Below, piece by piece: positions 1 through 7,711 of a DNA stretch of 32,000 nucleotides. The notes beneath the pieces were generated by a model. That model searched no databases and was not told the DNA's origin. It was given only the letters and a program-made list of their open reading frames with translations. The stretch lies in the NCBI RefSeq assembly GCF_900199515.1, contig NZ_LT963434.1, forward strand, positions 633,272 through 665,271, written 5' to 3'. Position numbers and translations under genes: made by a program. Source of the DNA: Massilicoli timonensis (lineage in GTDB: Bacteria > Bacillota_I > Bacilli_A > Erysipelotrichales > Erysipelotrichaceae). The number at the start of each line of letters is the position of its first letter. The stretch's first letter is position 1.

Positions 1-616
1 AGCGTTCTTTCAGTTCCCGGATCCGTACTTCATCATAAAGTGCCGGATCAAAACGCTTTAACGAAAGACCGGTCGGGATCACATAGATCGGTGCATGAAT
101 GCCATAGCGAAGCAATGCTTCCTTCGTCTTATCGCTCGGTGCGATCACGCCCTGACAGCTGTCCGAGAGCATTCTTGAATAATTGCTCGCAAAACGCTTG
201 GTTAATTTATCCACTTCTTCGATTTCAAACTTATTGATGTAGTGGGTATAGTCCTCATACATCGTATGATAGGTCGATACCATCGGCAGATCTAAGCTGT
301 GCGCCACGATCCGCGCAAACAAACCAACACCGAATTCCGTATGCACATGAATGATATCCAGATTCATTTTTCTGATTTCTTCCTTGGCAGAAAAATGATA
401 AGGCGTTGATAGCTTATACCCATACAGCCACTTTAATTCTAATCCCGGCAAACGCAGCACATTGCCCTCTCTTTGCGTCGAAAGAAAGGCTTTATGATTG
501 GTGATCACAAACACAGTATGCCCATGCGCTTCCAGTTCTTTTTGCAGCGTAACGATCGAAGATACGACGCCGTTTACATCCGGAGTATAGGTATCCGTAA
601 ATAATCCGATTCGCAT
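1..616 (-). CDS. GT4-family glycosyltransferase, N-terminal 205 aa only (C-terminus lies beyond the window edge); probable diacylglycerol glycolipid synthase
   Basis: Absent from the ORF track because it runs off the edge. Minus-strand ATG at 616 follows an AAAGGAG RBS. My hand translation reads MRIGLFTDTYTPDVNGVVSSIVTLQKELEAHGHTVFVITNH...HVHTEFGVG...IPTGL with no stop down to position 1. This is a typical N-terminal GT-B/GT4 signature of MGlcDAG/DGlcDAG-type synthases. Confidence 0.8.
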   Translation of the reverse strand, partial: MRIGLFTDTYTPDVNGVVSSIVTLQKELEAHGHTVFVITNHKAFLSTQREGNVLRLPGLELKWLYGYKLSTPYHFSAKEEIRKMNLDIIHVHTEFGVGLFARIVAHSLDLPMVSTYHTMYEDYTHYINKFEIEEVDKLTKRFASNYSRMLSDSCQGVIAPSDKTKEALLRYGIHAPIYVIPTGLSLKRFDPALYDEVRIRELKER

Positions 617-636
617 AAATGCTCCTTTCTTTCATC

Positions 637-1686
637 TCATAGATGAATCACTGTTTTTTCTAAATCATACTTTCGTTTTAAGTAAACAAAGATCAGTCCG
701 CCTACCAGCATGACAAAATGGTAGGTGGAGAAACGCCATAAGATCATGACGCTGCTCGCATTTGCGCCGCCGCCGACGATCGGAATAAACAAACGGGTAA
801 AGACCAGCTCGGTTCCCCCGCTTGCCCCGGGAATCGGAATAAACGCATTTGCCATTGAAACAAAGCTGGAAATGGCTATGACGTCAATAAGCAGATCGAA
901 GCTGATCGCAATGCCAAGCGCCCTTGCCGTAACAAAGGGCAGTACATATAACACCGTCAAGCGCAGCACATTGATCGCGGCTGCCTTTAAGATCATCTTC
1001 TTTTCATGCTTCATCGCTTTGATCTGCAAGGTAAACGCCTCCAGCTGCAAGGTCCATGACTGCATCAGTTTCTCCGGATCCTTTACCAGCTTGATGCGGC
1101 ATAACAAACGAATCAAAAAACGAGACAGCTTTACATATAATTTCGGAAACAGCGCCAGTGTCCATAGTGCGCCGATCACACAGATATTGACAAAATAGCC
1201 GAATAAGATCAGCACGAAGAATACGCCCATCATATCTGTATAATGCGTAAAACGCAAGATGTAAAGAATCGTTACATAGATCATCAGCGTCGTTTGATAG
1301 ACGATAAAGTCCGTCCATAATAAGCTTGCGCCGTCACTGACCTTGATGCCCTGTTTTTTCAAAATATAAGCCTGCGCAAACTGTCCGCCGGTCGCGCTTG
1401 GCGTAATGCCGCTGAAAAAGGAACCGACAAACCCATTCAAGATCCCATCGATCAAACGATAGTCTTTTTTATAATGCTTGCCGAATATAGCGATGATCCA
1501 GCCTGCGATCACATTATAGACAATGCCCCAAAGCAAAATGATCAAAAGCCAGTACCATTTCATTCCGGCAATCAGATCCAATACTTCCCGATAATTGTCT
1601 TTCATCGCAAACCACAGCGCCAGCAGGGTCAAAGCGATGATGACCATAAAATTGATCGCGTATTTATTTTTTGCGTCCTTCATCAC
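637..1686 (-). CDS. Polytopic membrane protein, UPF0104/MprF-transmembrane-domain-like (flippase-like)
   Basis: 349 aa, about 8 hydrophobic helices, with a GxxPxPGxxGG(T)E-like motif (IPIPGASGGTELVF) typical of the lysyl-PG synthase TM/flippase-like family. Sits between two GT4 genes with 19-20 nt gaps. Confidence 0.7.
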   Translation of the reverse strand: MMKDAKNKYAINFMVIIALTLLALWFAMKDNYREVLDLIAGMKWYWLLIILLWGIVYNVIAGWIIAIFGKHYKKDYRLIDGILNGFVGSFFSGITPSATGGQFAQAYILKKQGIKVSDGASLLWTDFIVYQTTLMIYVTILYILRFTHYTDMMGVFFVLILFGYFVNICVIGALWTLALFPKLYVKLSRFLIRLLCRIKLVKDPEKLMQSWTLQLEAFTLQIKAMKHEKKMILKAAAINVLRLTVLYVLPFVTARALGIAISFDLLIDVIAISSFVSMANAFIPIPGASGGTELVFTRLFIPIVGGGANASSVMILWRFSTYHFVMLVGGLIFVYLKRKYDLEKTVIHL

Positions 1687-1705
1687 TCCACCTGCCTTTC
1701 CCTAT

Positions 1706-2710
1706 CTACTTTGCCAATACTTCCTCATATATTTTTTTCAAGCCTTGTCCGACTGCTTCAATGCTTCGCTCTTGCGCTGTCTGATGCCCTGCTTCGCTCA
1801 CATCCGGCAGCGTTTTTTCCACCACGCCCTGCACCAGTTCACAAAACTCATCGACATTTCTTCCCTTATAGCAGTTCACGGCAGACTTCATCCACGGCTC
1901 AAACACGCCGATGTCGCGTAAAACGATATTCTGTCTGGCTGCCAATCCCTCTAATACGACAATGCCCTCGGTTTCTTCTTTGCTTGGAAAAAAGAAGCAG
2001 TCGGCTCCCGCATAAGCGCCCTCGATCATATCGCCCTTGATATAACCGGGAAACAGCACATTGCTTGGATGATCGTGCGTGATCACCTGGCGGATATGCT
2101 TAGGAATGCTGTAAAGCTGCGTATAGCCAAACCAGATAAATTGATACTGCGGCAAGCGCTTCGCCACCTCCACAAAGTCCAATATGCCTTTACGATCAAA
2201 ATAAAGACCTACGGAAATCACGACCTTATCTTCCGGCGTCAAAGAAAAATAATTGCGAAAAGCACGAATCTTTCCCGCATCCGGTTCAAAGCGTTTGAGA
2301 TCGATCCCATTAGACAAAGCGGCAATCGGCAGCGTGATGCCATAGCCTTCCAACAGTTTCTTAGAATAAGGAGTCGGCGTAATGATATAATCCGCTTTGC
2401 TGTAAAGCGACACCAGATGCTTTTTGAACAACGGTGCGATCTGATTGGAAAGCACGAACGAGTTGCGAAAATCCTCTTCAGTGCTGTGCGCATGATAGAT
2501 GACCTTCTTGCCCAGCTTGCGCGCTTTTTTGATCATGCCATAGCTGCTTGGCCCAACGGTATTGATATGCAGAATATCATAATCTTCGCACGGCTCGATC
2601 GAAAAGTCAATTCCCGCGGAGGTAAGCGCCGCCATCTGGTGCTTCATCGCTCTGCCGATCCCGGAAGTCTGAATGATTTTTTCACCTTCAAAATATAAAT
2701 AGATCTTCAT
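1706..2710 (-). CDS. GT4-family glycosyltransferase (CpoA/BgsA-like glycolipid glycosyltransferase)
   Basis: 334 aa. N-terminus MKIYLY...SGIGRAMKHQ and C-terminal EETEGIVVLEGLA (the E-x7-E GT4 motif region). GGGAGG RBS upstream of the ATG at 2710. First gene of a three-gene operon. Confidence 0.85.
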   Translation of the reverse strand: MKIYLYFEGEKIIQTSGIGRAMKHQMAALTSAGIDFSIEPCEDYDILHINTVGPSSYGMIKKARKLGKKVIYHAHSTEEDFRNSFVLSNQIAPLFKKHLVSLYSKADYIITPTPYSKKLLEGYGITLPIAALSNGIDLKRFEPDAGKIRAFRNYFSLTPEDKVVISVGLYFDRKGILDFVEVAKRLPQYQFIWFGYTQLYSIPKHIRQVITHDHPSNVLFPGYIKGDMIEGAYAGADCFFFPSKEETEGIVVLEGLAARQNIVLRDIGVFEPWMKSAVNCYKGRNVDEFCELVQGVVEKTLPDVSEAGHQTAQERSIEAVGQGLKKIYEEVLAK

Positions 2711-2748
2711 AACTGCCTCCCAAGCACATAAACCTTTTTAACACAGGC

Positions 2749-2777
2749 ATTATATCATATTTCCTATCAATAGGAAA
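2749..2777 (-). promoter_or_regulatory. Candidate promoter of the glycolipid operon (extended -10 TGaTATAAT) overlapped by a perfect 8-2-8 palindrome
   Basis: Minus strand reads TTTCCTATtgATAGGAAAtatgaTATAATgcc. TATAAT is at 2754-2749 and is preceded by TGa. The palindrome TTTCCTAT/ATAGGAAA is at 2760-2777, where a -35 would lie. Confidence 0.4.
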
Positions 2778-2825
2778 TAAAAGCAGACGCGAGCGCCTAA
2801 CATTTCTGTAAGATAATCTGCTCGA

Positions 2826-2857
2826 TAAAAAAAACAAGACGGCATCGGCTATCTTGT
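2826..2857 (-). terminator. Rho-independent terminator of the helicase gene
   Basis: Minus strand ACAAGA-tagccgatgccg-TCTTGT followed by T8. The hairpin overlaps the TAG stop codon. Confidence 0.7.
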
Positions 2858-4555
2858 TCTTTGTTTTCGCATCGTTTTTTTCTTACCGCGCATCGTTTGA
2901 CGACGCTGCTTTCGATCGGGGAAAACGGCTTTCTTCTGCCCTTTTGAAGAGGCTTTTTTCTTTATGTGTTTTGTCTGCTTCTTGCTTTTTGCTAATAAAC
3001 GCACGGTAACGCTTTTACCGCCGATCTTAGCATTTTGCATGCGTTCTAACAGCATCTTAGCACTGTCGGCAGCGACTGCTACCAGCGTGTCGCTTGAGCG
3101 CACATCGATGCGTCCGATCATGTCAGTCCCACTTTCGCCGTATTCCGCAATCGCGCATACCAGATTGCCCGCCTGAATGCGGTCTTTTCTGCCGATGTCA
3201 AACTGAAGGGTCAGCGTTTCATAGTCATGCAGACGACGTTTTTGATTCAATGCCGCCGTTTCAATGATCTGCGGTTTGAAATTCATCGCGATAAGTGCGC
3301 TGATCAGATTTTCGATCGCAATGCCCTCCGCCATCAGCCGATTGGCGATCTCTATGCTCTCTGCGGTAATTTCCTCTCCACATGCCGTTTTCAAGCGTTC
3401 GATAAACGCTTCTTTTTCCTGCTTTAACAGCTGGGCAGAGCTAGGCAGGGCGCACTTGCGGATATTGGTTTTCGTAAAGTGCATGATATCACGCAGCGCT
3501 CGTTCTTGTCTTTTCCCGCTAATCAAAGTAATCGCCTTCCCGCTTTTCCCAGCCCGTCCGGTTCGGCCAATGCGATGAATGTAGTATTCATTATCCTGTG
3601 GAATATCATAGTTGCATACCAGTTCCACATCATCGACGTCAATGCCGCGCGCCGCCACATCGGTGGCGATCAGGATCGGATAAGCGCCGCTGCGGTACTG
3701 CTTCATCACATTGGTGCGATGCTCCTGCTTCATATCGCCGTGCAGCGATAACACATTCATGCCCTCTGCGCTCAATTCCACCGACAGTTCATCCACCTGT
3801 TTTTTCGTATTGCAGAAGATGATCGACAAACGCGGTGCATAATGACGAAGCAAGATCTTTAACGCCGTGCCTTTTTGTCCTCTCGGCACTTCATAGTAAA
3901 GCTGCTCCACAGTGTGAATGGTTTTCTGGGCAGATGCGATTTCGACCGTAATGGGATCTTTTTGAAACTGCCCTGCGATTGCCATGATCGCTTCCGGCAT
4001 CGTTGCGGAAAACAGGATCGTCTGATGCGCATGCGGAAAGGCATGCAGGATCTCTTCAATGTCTTCCTTAAATCCCATGTTCAGCATTTCATCTGCCTCA
4101 TCTAATACTACCATATCGCAATGATGCAATTTCAGCGTATGCCGGCGCAAATGATCCATTAGCCTTCCCGGTGTTCCCACCACGATCCCACATCCCCTTG
4201 CCAAAAGCCGGATCTGATGCTGGATCGGTTCACCGCCATAGATCGGAATGATCTTTACACCCTCTTTATATTTACAAAAACGCCGCAGTTCCATTGCAAC
4301 CTGAATGACCAATTCTCTGGTCGGGCATAAGATCAGTACCTGCGGATTCTTTTGTCCTGCCTGCACATGCTCCAATGCCGGGATCCCGAAAGCGGCCGTC
4401 TTGCCGGTACCGGTCTGTGATTTTCCTAAAACATCATGACCCGCTATAATAAGCGGGATCGCCTGCTGCTGGATCGCCGTAGCTTCCTGATATCCGATTT
4501 CCAGCACCGCCTGCTTGATTGGCGCGCTGATTGCTAATTCCTGAAATGTCGTCAT
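2849..4555 (-). CDS. DEAD-box ATP-dependent RNA helicase with DbpA-type C-terminal RNA-binding domain and a Lys/Arg-rich tail
   Basis: 568 aa. Q motif (FQEL...ATAIQ), motif I SQTGTGKT, motif II VLDEADEML, SAT, ARGIDV and HRIGRTGRAG. C-terminal FDIGRKDRIQAGNLVCAIAE... matches the DbpA/YxiN RRM-like domain. Tail is KKQTKHIKKKASSKGQKK... Confidence 0.95.
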   Translation of the reverse strand: MTTFQELAISAPIKQAVLEIGYQEATAIQQQAIPLIIAGHDVLGKSQTGTGKTAAFGIPALEHVQAGQKNPQVLILCPTRELVIQVAMELRRFCKYKEGVKIIPIYGGEPIQHQIRLLARGCGIVVGTPGRLMDHLRRHTLKLHHCDMVVLDEADEMLNMGFKEDIEEILHAFPHAHQTILFSATMPEAIMAIAGQFQKDPITVEIASAQKTIHTVEQLYYEVPRGQKGTALKILLRHYAPRLSIIFCNTKKQVDELSVELSAEGMNVLSLHGDMKQEHRTNVMKQYRSGAYPILIATDVAARGIDVDDVELVCNYDIPQDNEYYIHRIGRTGRAGKSGKAITLISGKRQERALRDIMHFTKTNIRKCALPSSAQLLKQEKEAFIERLKTACGEEITAESIEIANRLMAEGIAIENLISALIAMNFKPQIIETAALNQKRRLHDYETLTLQFDIGRKDRIQAGNLVCAIAEYGESGTDMIGRIDVRSSDTLVAVAADSAKMLLERMQNAKIGGKSVTVRLLAKSKKQTKHIKKKASSKGQKKAVFPDRKQRRQTMRGKKKTMRKQRTR

Positions 4556-4605
4556 AATTACCTGCTTTCTTGATTGGTTTCATCGCTTAAAAACATAACC
4601 GCCAT

Positions 4606-4634
4606 ATCATAGCATAGTCTGTGCGATTACACAA
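4606..4634 (-). promoter_or_regulatory. Candidate sigma-A promoter of the helicase gene
   Basis: Minus strand TTGTGT (4634-4629), 17-nt spacer, TATGAT (4611-4606), with TGc immediately upstream of the -10. Confidence 0.5.
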
Positions 4635-4655
4635 ATACTATTTTCCTATATATAA

Positions 4656-4678
4656 CAAAAAAGTGGATCGCTCCACTT
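4656..4678 (-). terminator. Rho-independent terminator of the surface-protein gene
   Basis: Minus strand AAGTGGA-gcga-TCCACTT followed by a T run, 24 nt after the stop at 4702. Confidence 0.7.
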
Positions 4679-4701
4679 CTTCGTTATCATTTAACATCTG
4701 T

Positions 4702-6810
4702 TTAGTTTAATTTCTTTTTCAGTGTCAATGCTCCTGCAAGTGCAAGGCTCAGCATCAGCAGTGCCGCATATGCTTCTGTCTGGCTCGCATCACCGGTATT
4801 TGGCGTACTTCCGTTCTCTGATGGTTTTGTATCATCCAAAATGATCGAAGGATTGACTACTTCTTCCTTATCCAGCGTCGTTTTCGCGCCGTCTGTATAA
4901 ACCAGTGCATAGGTCGAGAAACGATCGCTCTGGAAAGATACGGTGCCGTCCGCATTTTTCACGACCGGAATTCTGGTTACTTCATTTCCGTGGATCCGCA
5001 CGATGTAGAAGTCATAGTTTTCTTTTTGCAGCTGCTGTGGAATCGCTACGGTAAAAGTTACTTTTTCACTTAACTGATTCAGTTTGCCAAGCGCGCTTCC
5101 CTGTGCTTCTACCAAAATGCTCAGATCCAGATACTGTGCCACTTTGGCTTCTTTTGCTTCGGTTTTTGTGATCAGATCGCGTAATACCGCCTCTACTGCC
5201 TTGACATCGGACGCACTTACTTCTTCTGCTGTTTTCTTTTCCACGGTAAGTGTCGTTTCTATATCATCTCCGGCTTCCATCGCCGCCTTGATCGCAGCGA
5301 CAACCTTTTCATCATTGCCCTTTACACTTTCGATCTGCTCGATCGTGTCCTTCAGCGTTTCGGTAAATGCCGCGCTGTCTTTTTGTGATACGCCTGCTTC
5401 CACTTCATTGCTGTTTTGATCAACGGAAGGCAGATCGACAACCACTTCATTTTCCGCTTCCGCTACGCTGACCTCACAAGTTGCTTTTGCACTTCCCACA
5501 GTCGCACTGATGATCGCTGTGCCTGCTTTTTTCGCTGTTACGGTGCCATCCTGTGCAACGGTCGCAACTGATGGATCACTGCTGCTGTAAGAGATCGCTT
5601 CCGTAGCATAAGACGGAGTGACAGTCGCTTTGATCTGTGCGCTTTCTCCTACCTGAAGCGACAGGCTAAGCGGATCGATGCTAATCGTGTTTGCTTTCCA
5701 ATTTGTCGTTACATAGGCTGCGGACGCATCCACAAGTGAATGAGCATCAAGCGGATCGGCGCTTGGACGCTGTCCTAAATTTAATGTAACCGGCGCCGTT
5801 TCATTCAGCCCTTCGATCGCCCATAAACGATCAGCGTATAATGCTTTGAACTTGGCTACATCGTCGCTGCGATACTGGAATCCGGATACGATGTCTTGGT
5901 AAGCAGCACCTGCTTCCACGTTGATTTCAATTGCGTTCGCATAGCCATAATCAACATTGCCGAAATTTGTCGTCCACCAAGAACCGGCGCCGCCGGCTCC
6001 TTCATAGCTTTCTTCATCAGGATAATAAGAGCCCGCATAGATCACACCGCTCTTACCGCCATAAAGATGGTAAGTCAGTTTCCCTTCGATGATCGCACGA
6101 TATAAGCTGCTGAGCGTCTTGACCTCTCCGTCATATAAAGAAAGCGTTACGTTGCCCAGTTTGCCGTTTGTTCCTGCGATAAAATTGTTTAATACAGCGG
6201 CTTGCTCCTCACCGATGCGAACATCCATCTCACCGATATAAGTATAAGAGGTAGCGCCTCTTAGATCATTGATCTCAGCGCCGTCGATCGTCATCGTCAG
6301 TTTATCGATCGCATAATTTTTATAAGAATAGCCGTTTTCTTCTTTGATCACAGCTTGGCCAAACGCTGCGTTCTGATTATCAGTACCCCATAATCCAAGC
6401 GTGATCTTACCGCCGTTGATATCTACTTCGGCATTCGTCACTTTGCTGGTTTTGCAGCTTTTCTCGTTTTTCATCTTGTTTCCGGCAACGATGCCTCTTA
6501 CCGTACCGCCATTCATCGTAATCTTGGTGCTAGGCAGATTGACAGCACTCTCAGTTGAATCACTGCCGCCGTAAACGATGTCATCGGCATCGATCAGCTG
6601 TTTTCCGCCATCCCATGTGATAAGCGCTGATTTCCCCGCTTCATCACTTTCTTCAATGGTAATCGGTGTACCGTTGGCAAAAAATTCATTTCCTGAGTAA
6701 GTCGGAGCAGAACCGCTGTTGCCTTCCGCATAAACCGTTGTCGGTACAACGCTCATGCCAAAAAGCAGTGCAGCTGATGCCAACACACCAAAAACACTTG
6801 TTTTTTTCAT
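4702..6810 (-). CDS. Sortase-anchored cell-surface protein (signal peptide, beta-helix-like Gly-rich repeats, Big_2 Ig-like domain, acidic Ala/Glu/Lys-rich stalk, C-terminal sorting signal TPNTG)
   Basis: I place the start at MKKTSVFGVLASAALLFGMSVVPTTVYA|EGN (ATG 6810) because AAGGAGAGGAGA lies 6 nt upstream. The ORF-track ATG at 6855 has no RBS and would lie about 12 nt from the predicted TSS. Big_2-like segment is ISIDPLSLSLQVGESAQIKATVTP...SSDPSVATVAQDGTVTAKKAGTAIISATV. The C-terminus is TPNTG, a hydrophobic helix, then KKKLN. Confidence 0.8.
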   Translation of the reverse strand: MKKTSVFGVLASAALLFGMSVVPTTVYAEGNSGSAPTYSGNEFFANGTPITIEESDEAGKSALITWDGGKQLIDADDIVYGGSDSTESAVNLPSTKITMNGGTVRGIVAGNKMKNEKSCKTSKVTNAEVDINGGKITLGLWGTDNQNAAFGQAVIKEENGYSYKNYAIDKLTMTIDGAEINDLRGATSYTYIGEMDVRIGEEQAAVLNNFIAGTNGKLGNVTLSLYDGEVKTLSSLYRAIIEGKLTYHLYGGKSGVIYAGSYYPDEESYEGAGGAGSWWTTNFGNVDYGYANAIEINVEAGAAYQDIVSGFQYRSDDVAKFKALYADRLWAIEGLNETAPVTLNLGQRPSADPLDAHSLVDASAAYVTTNWKANTISIDPLSLSLQVGESAQIKATVTPSYATEAISYSSSDPSVATVAQDGTVTAKKAGTAIISATVGSAKATCEVSVAEAENEVVVDLPSVDQNSNEVEAGVSQKDSAAFTETLKDTIEQIESVKGNDEKVVAAIKAAMEAGDDIETTLTVEKKTAEEVSASDVKAVEAVLRDLITKTEAKEAKVAQYLDLSILVEAQGSALGKLNQLSEKVTFTVAIPQQLQKENYDFYIVRIHGNEVTRIPVVKNADGTVSFQSDRFSTYALVYTDGAKTTLDKEEVVNPSIILDDTKPSENGSTPNTGDASQTEAYAALLMLSLALAGALTLKKKLN

Positions 6811-6873
6811 TTCGTTTCTCCTCTCCTTGTATTCTGTTGAATCCGGACATATCATTCTGATATATTCAGCTAT

Positions 6874-6904
6874 ATTATACCCCCCCCCCAGTCATATTTG
6901 TCAA
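6874..6904 (-). promoter_or_regulatory. Consensus sigma-A promoter with a G10 homopolymer in the spacer (predicted phase-variable)
   Basis: Minus strand TTGACA (6904-6899), aatatgact, GGGGGGGGGG (6889-6880), TATAAT (6879-6874). The spacer is 19 bp as sequenced. Confidence 0.65.
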
Positions 6905-7071
6905 TAGCAATCGTTACCTTTTTCTCGTATTATGATCATTATTTTTACATTTTCTGTAACCGCTTTACCAATCCTTGTGCACATATACCACTTTCTCATC
7001 TTTTCATCATTTTTATTTTTGCCTGCCACGCTTCGACAAACTTCTGCTTTCACACTTGCTATACTGTAAGC

Positions 7072-7176
7072 GGCAAGAGGAACTTGCCATACGGAAAATC
7101 CCCTAATCTATCCCAATTCCGTATATCATTCTATCCCCTAAAACAAGGAAAAAGCCGGTCTTGCTGCCGGTTTTTT
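7072..7176 (+). ncRNA. C-rich sibling small RNA, copy A (putative; ends approximate)
   Basis: Extended -10 TGcTATACT (7057-7065). SL1 is GGCAAG-aggaa-CTTGCC (7072-7088). SL2 is ATACGGAA/TTCCGTAT (7089-7124) with a 20-nt loop carrying CCCC and CCC. Invariant 17-mer ATATCATTCTATCCCCT is at 7123-7139. Terminator is CCGG-tcttgctg-CCGG plus T6 (7155-7176). No + strand gene lies downstream. Confidence 0.55.
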
Positions 7177-7305
7177 CCTATCTTTGACAAAATTCACGCA
7201 AATTCTCCTTCATCATCATACAATCTAACACAATTATCTCGATAATCACATCATTTACCAAAAATGAAACATCTTTTTAACATTGCCATTCGCTATACTA
7301 TAGCC

Positions 7306-7431
7306 AACAGGAGATGAGAACTCCTGTTGAAGTAATCCCCTTAAATAAATTTTCTCATAACTTTTCTCCCTTAATTTTGTATTGATAATTTGTTAATGAA
7401 AAAATACCGTTTCCCCAAGACGGTATTTTTT
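7306..7431 (+). ncRNA. C-rich sibling small RNA, copy B (divergent paralog; putative)
   Basis: -10 box TATACTATAG (7294-7303). Perfect 9-bp SL1 CAACAGGAG-atgagaa-CTCCTGTTG (7305-7329). AATCCCCTTA and TTCTCCCTTA motifs are present. Terminator is ATACCGT-ttccccaag-ACGGTAT plus T6 (7404-7431), with CCCC in the loop. Same order of elements as A, C and D, but the middle is diverged. Confidence 0.4.
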
Positions 7432-7711
7432 CTGTATAAGTGCATAACAATCAACTATTTTGATGTTTATTGCAACTGAAAAAAAAGTAAAAAAATCATC
7501 TTTTGTTCGTTTATTGTTAGTTACAGCCATCTATCCCTATTACATTCTCATCTTAGAACAAAACTCATATTTTCGCATGACAAAGTACTGTCATTTTCCC
7601 AACTTTCATTGTTTGTTCACTTGCTCATCCATTGAGAAGATCAACAAGACTTTGTACGTTTATGAAAAACAAGCAAAAGAAAATAAGAACGATCCGGTGA
7701 ACGGCAGATTT

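Noticed and set aside
725-2698. Long + strand ORFs (725..1198, 1474..2040, 1595..1921, 2069..2698), and similar antisense ORFs inside other minus-strand genes (e.g. 5084..5419, 8950..9477, 13180..13665, 23835..24161, 25056..25445)
   Set aside because: They lie entirely antisense to well-supported genes and lack RBSs. Their low-complexity, Arg/Ser/Cys-rich composition is typical of shadow ORFs.
6811-6855. N-terminal ORF-track extensions (surface protein 6855, HAD 9858, ktrB 13454, rbr 14124, rubredoxin-like 14471, AI-2E 18859, U32 27610 and 28499, tex 28484, sigma 31889)
   Set aside because: In each case an internal ATG is preceded by a strong AGGAGG/GAGGTG-type RBS at 5-8 nt and begins the recognisable family N-terminus. 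The extension has no RBS and often overlaps a promoter or the upstream gene.
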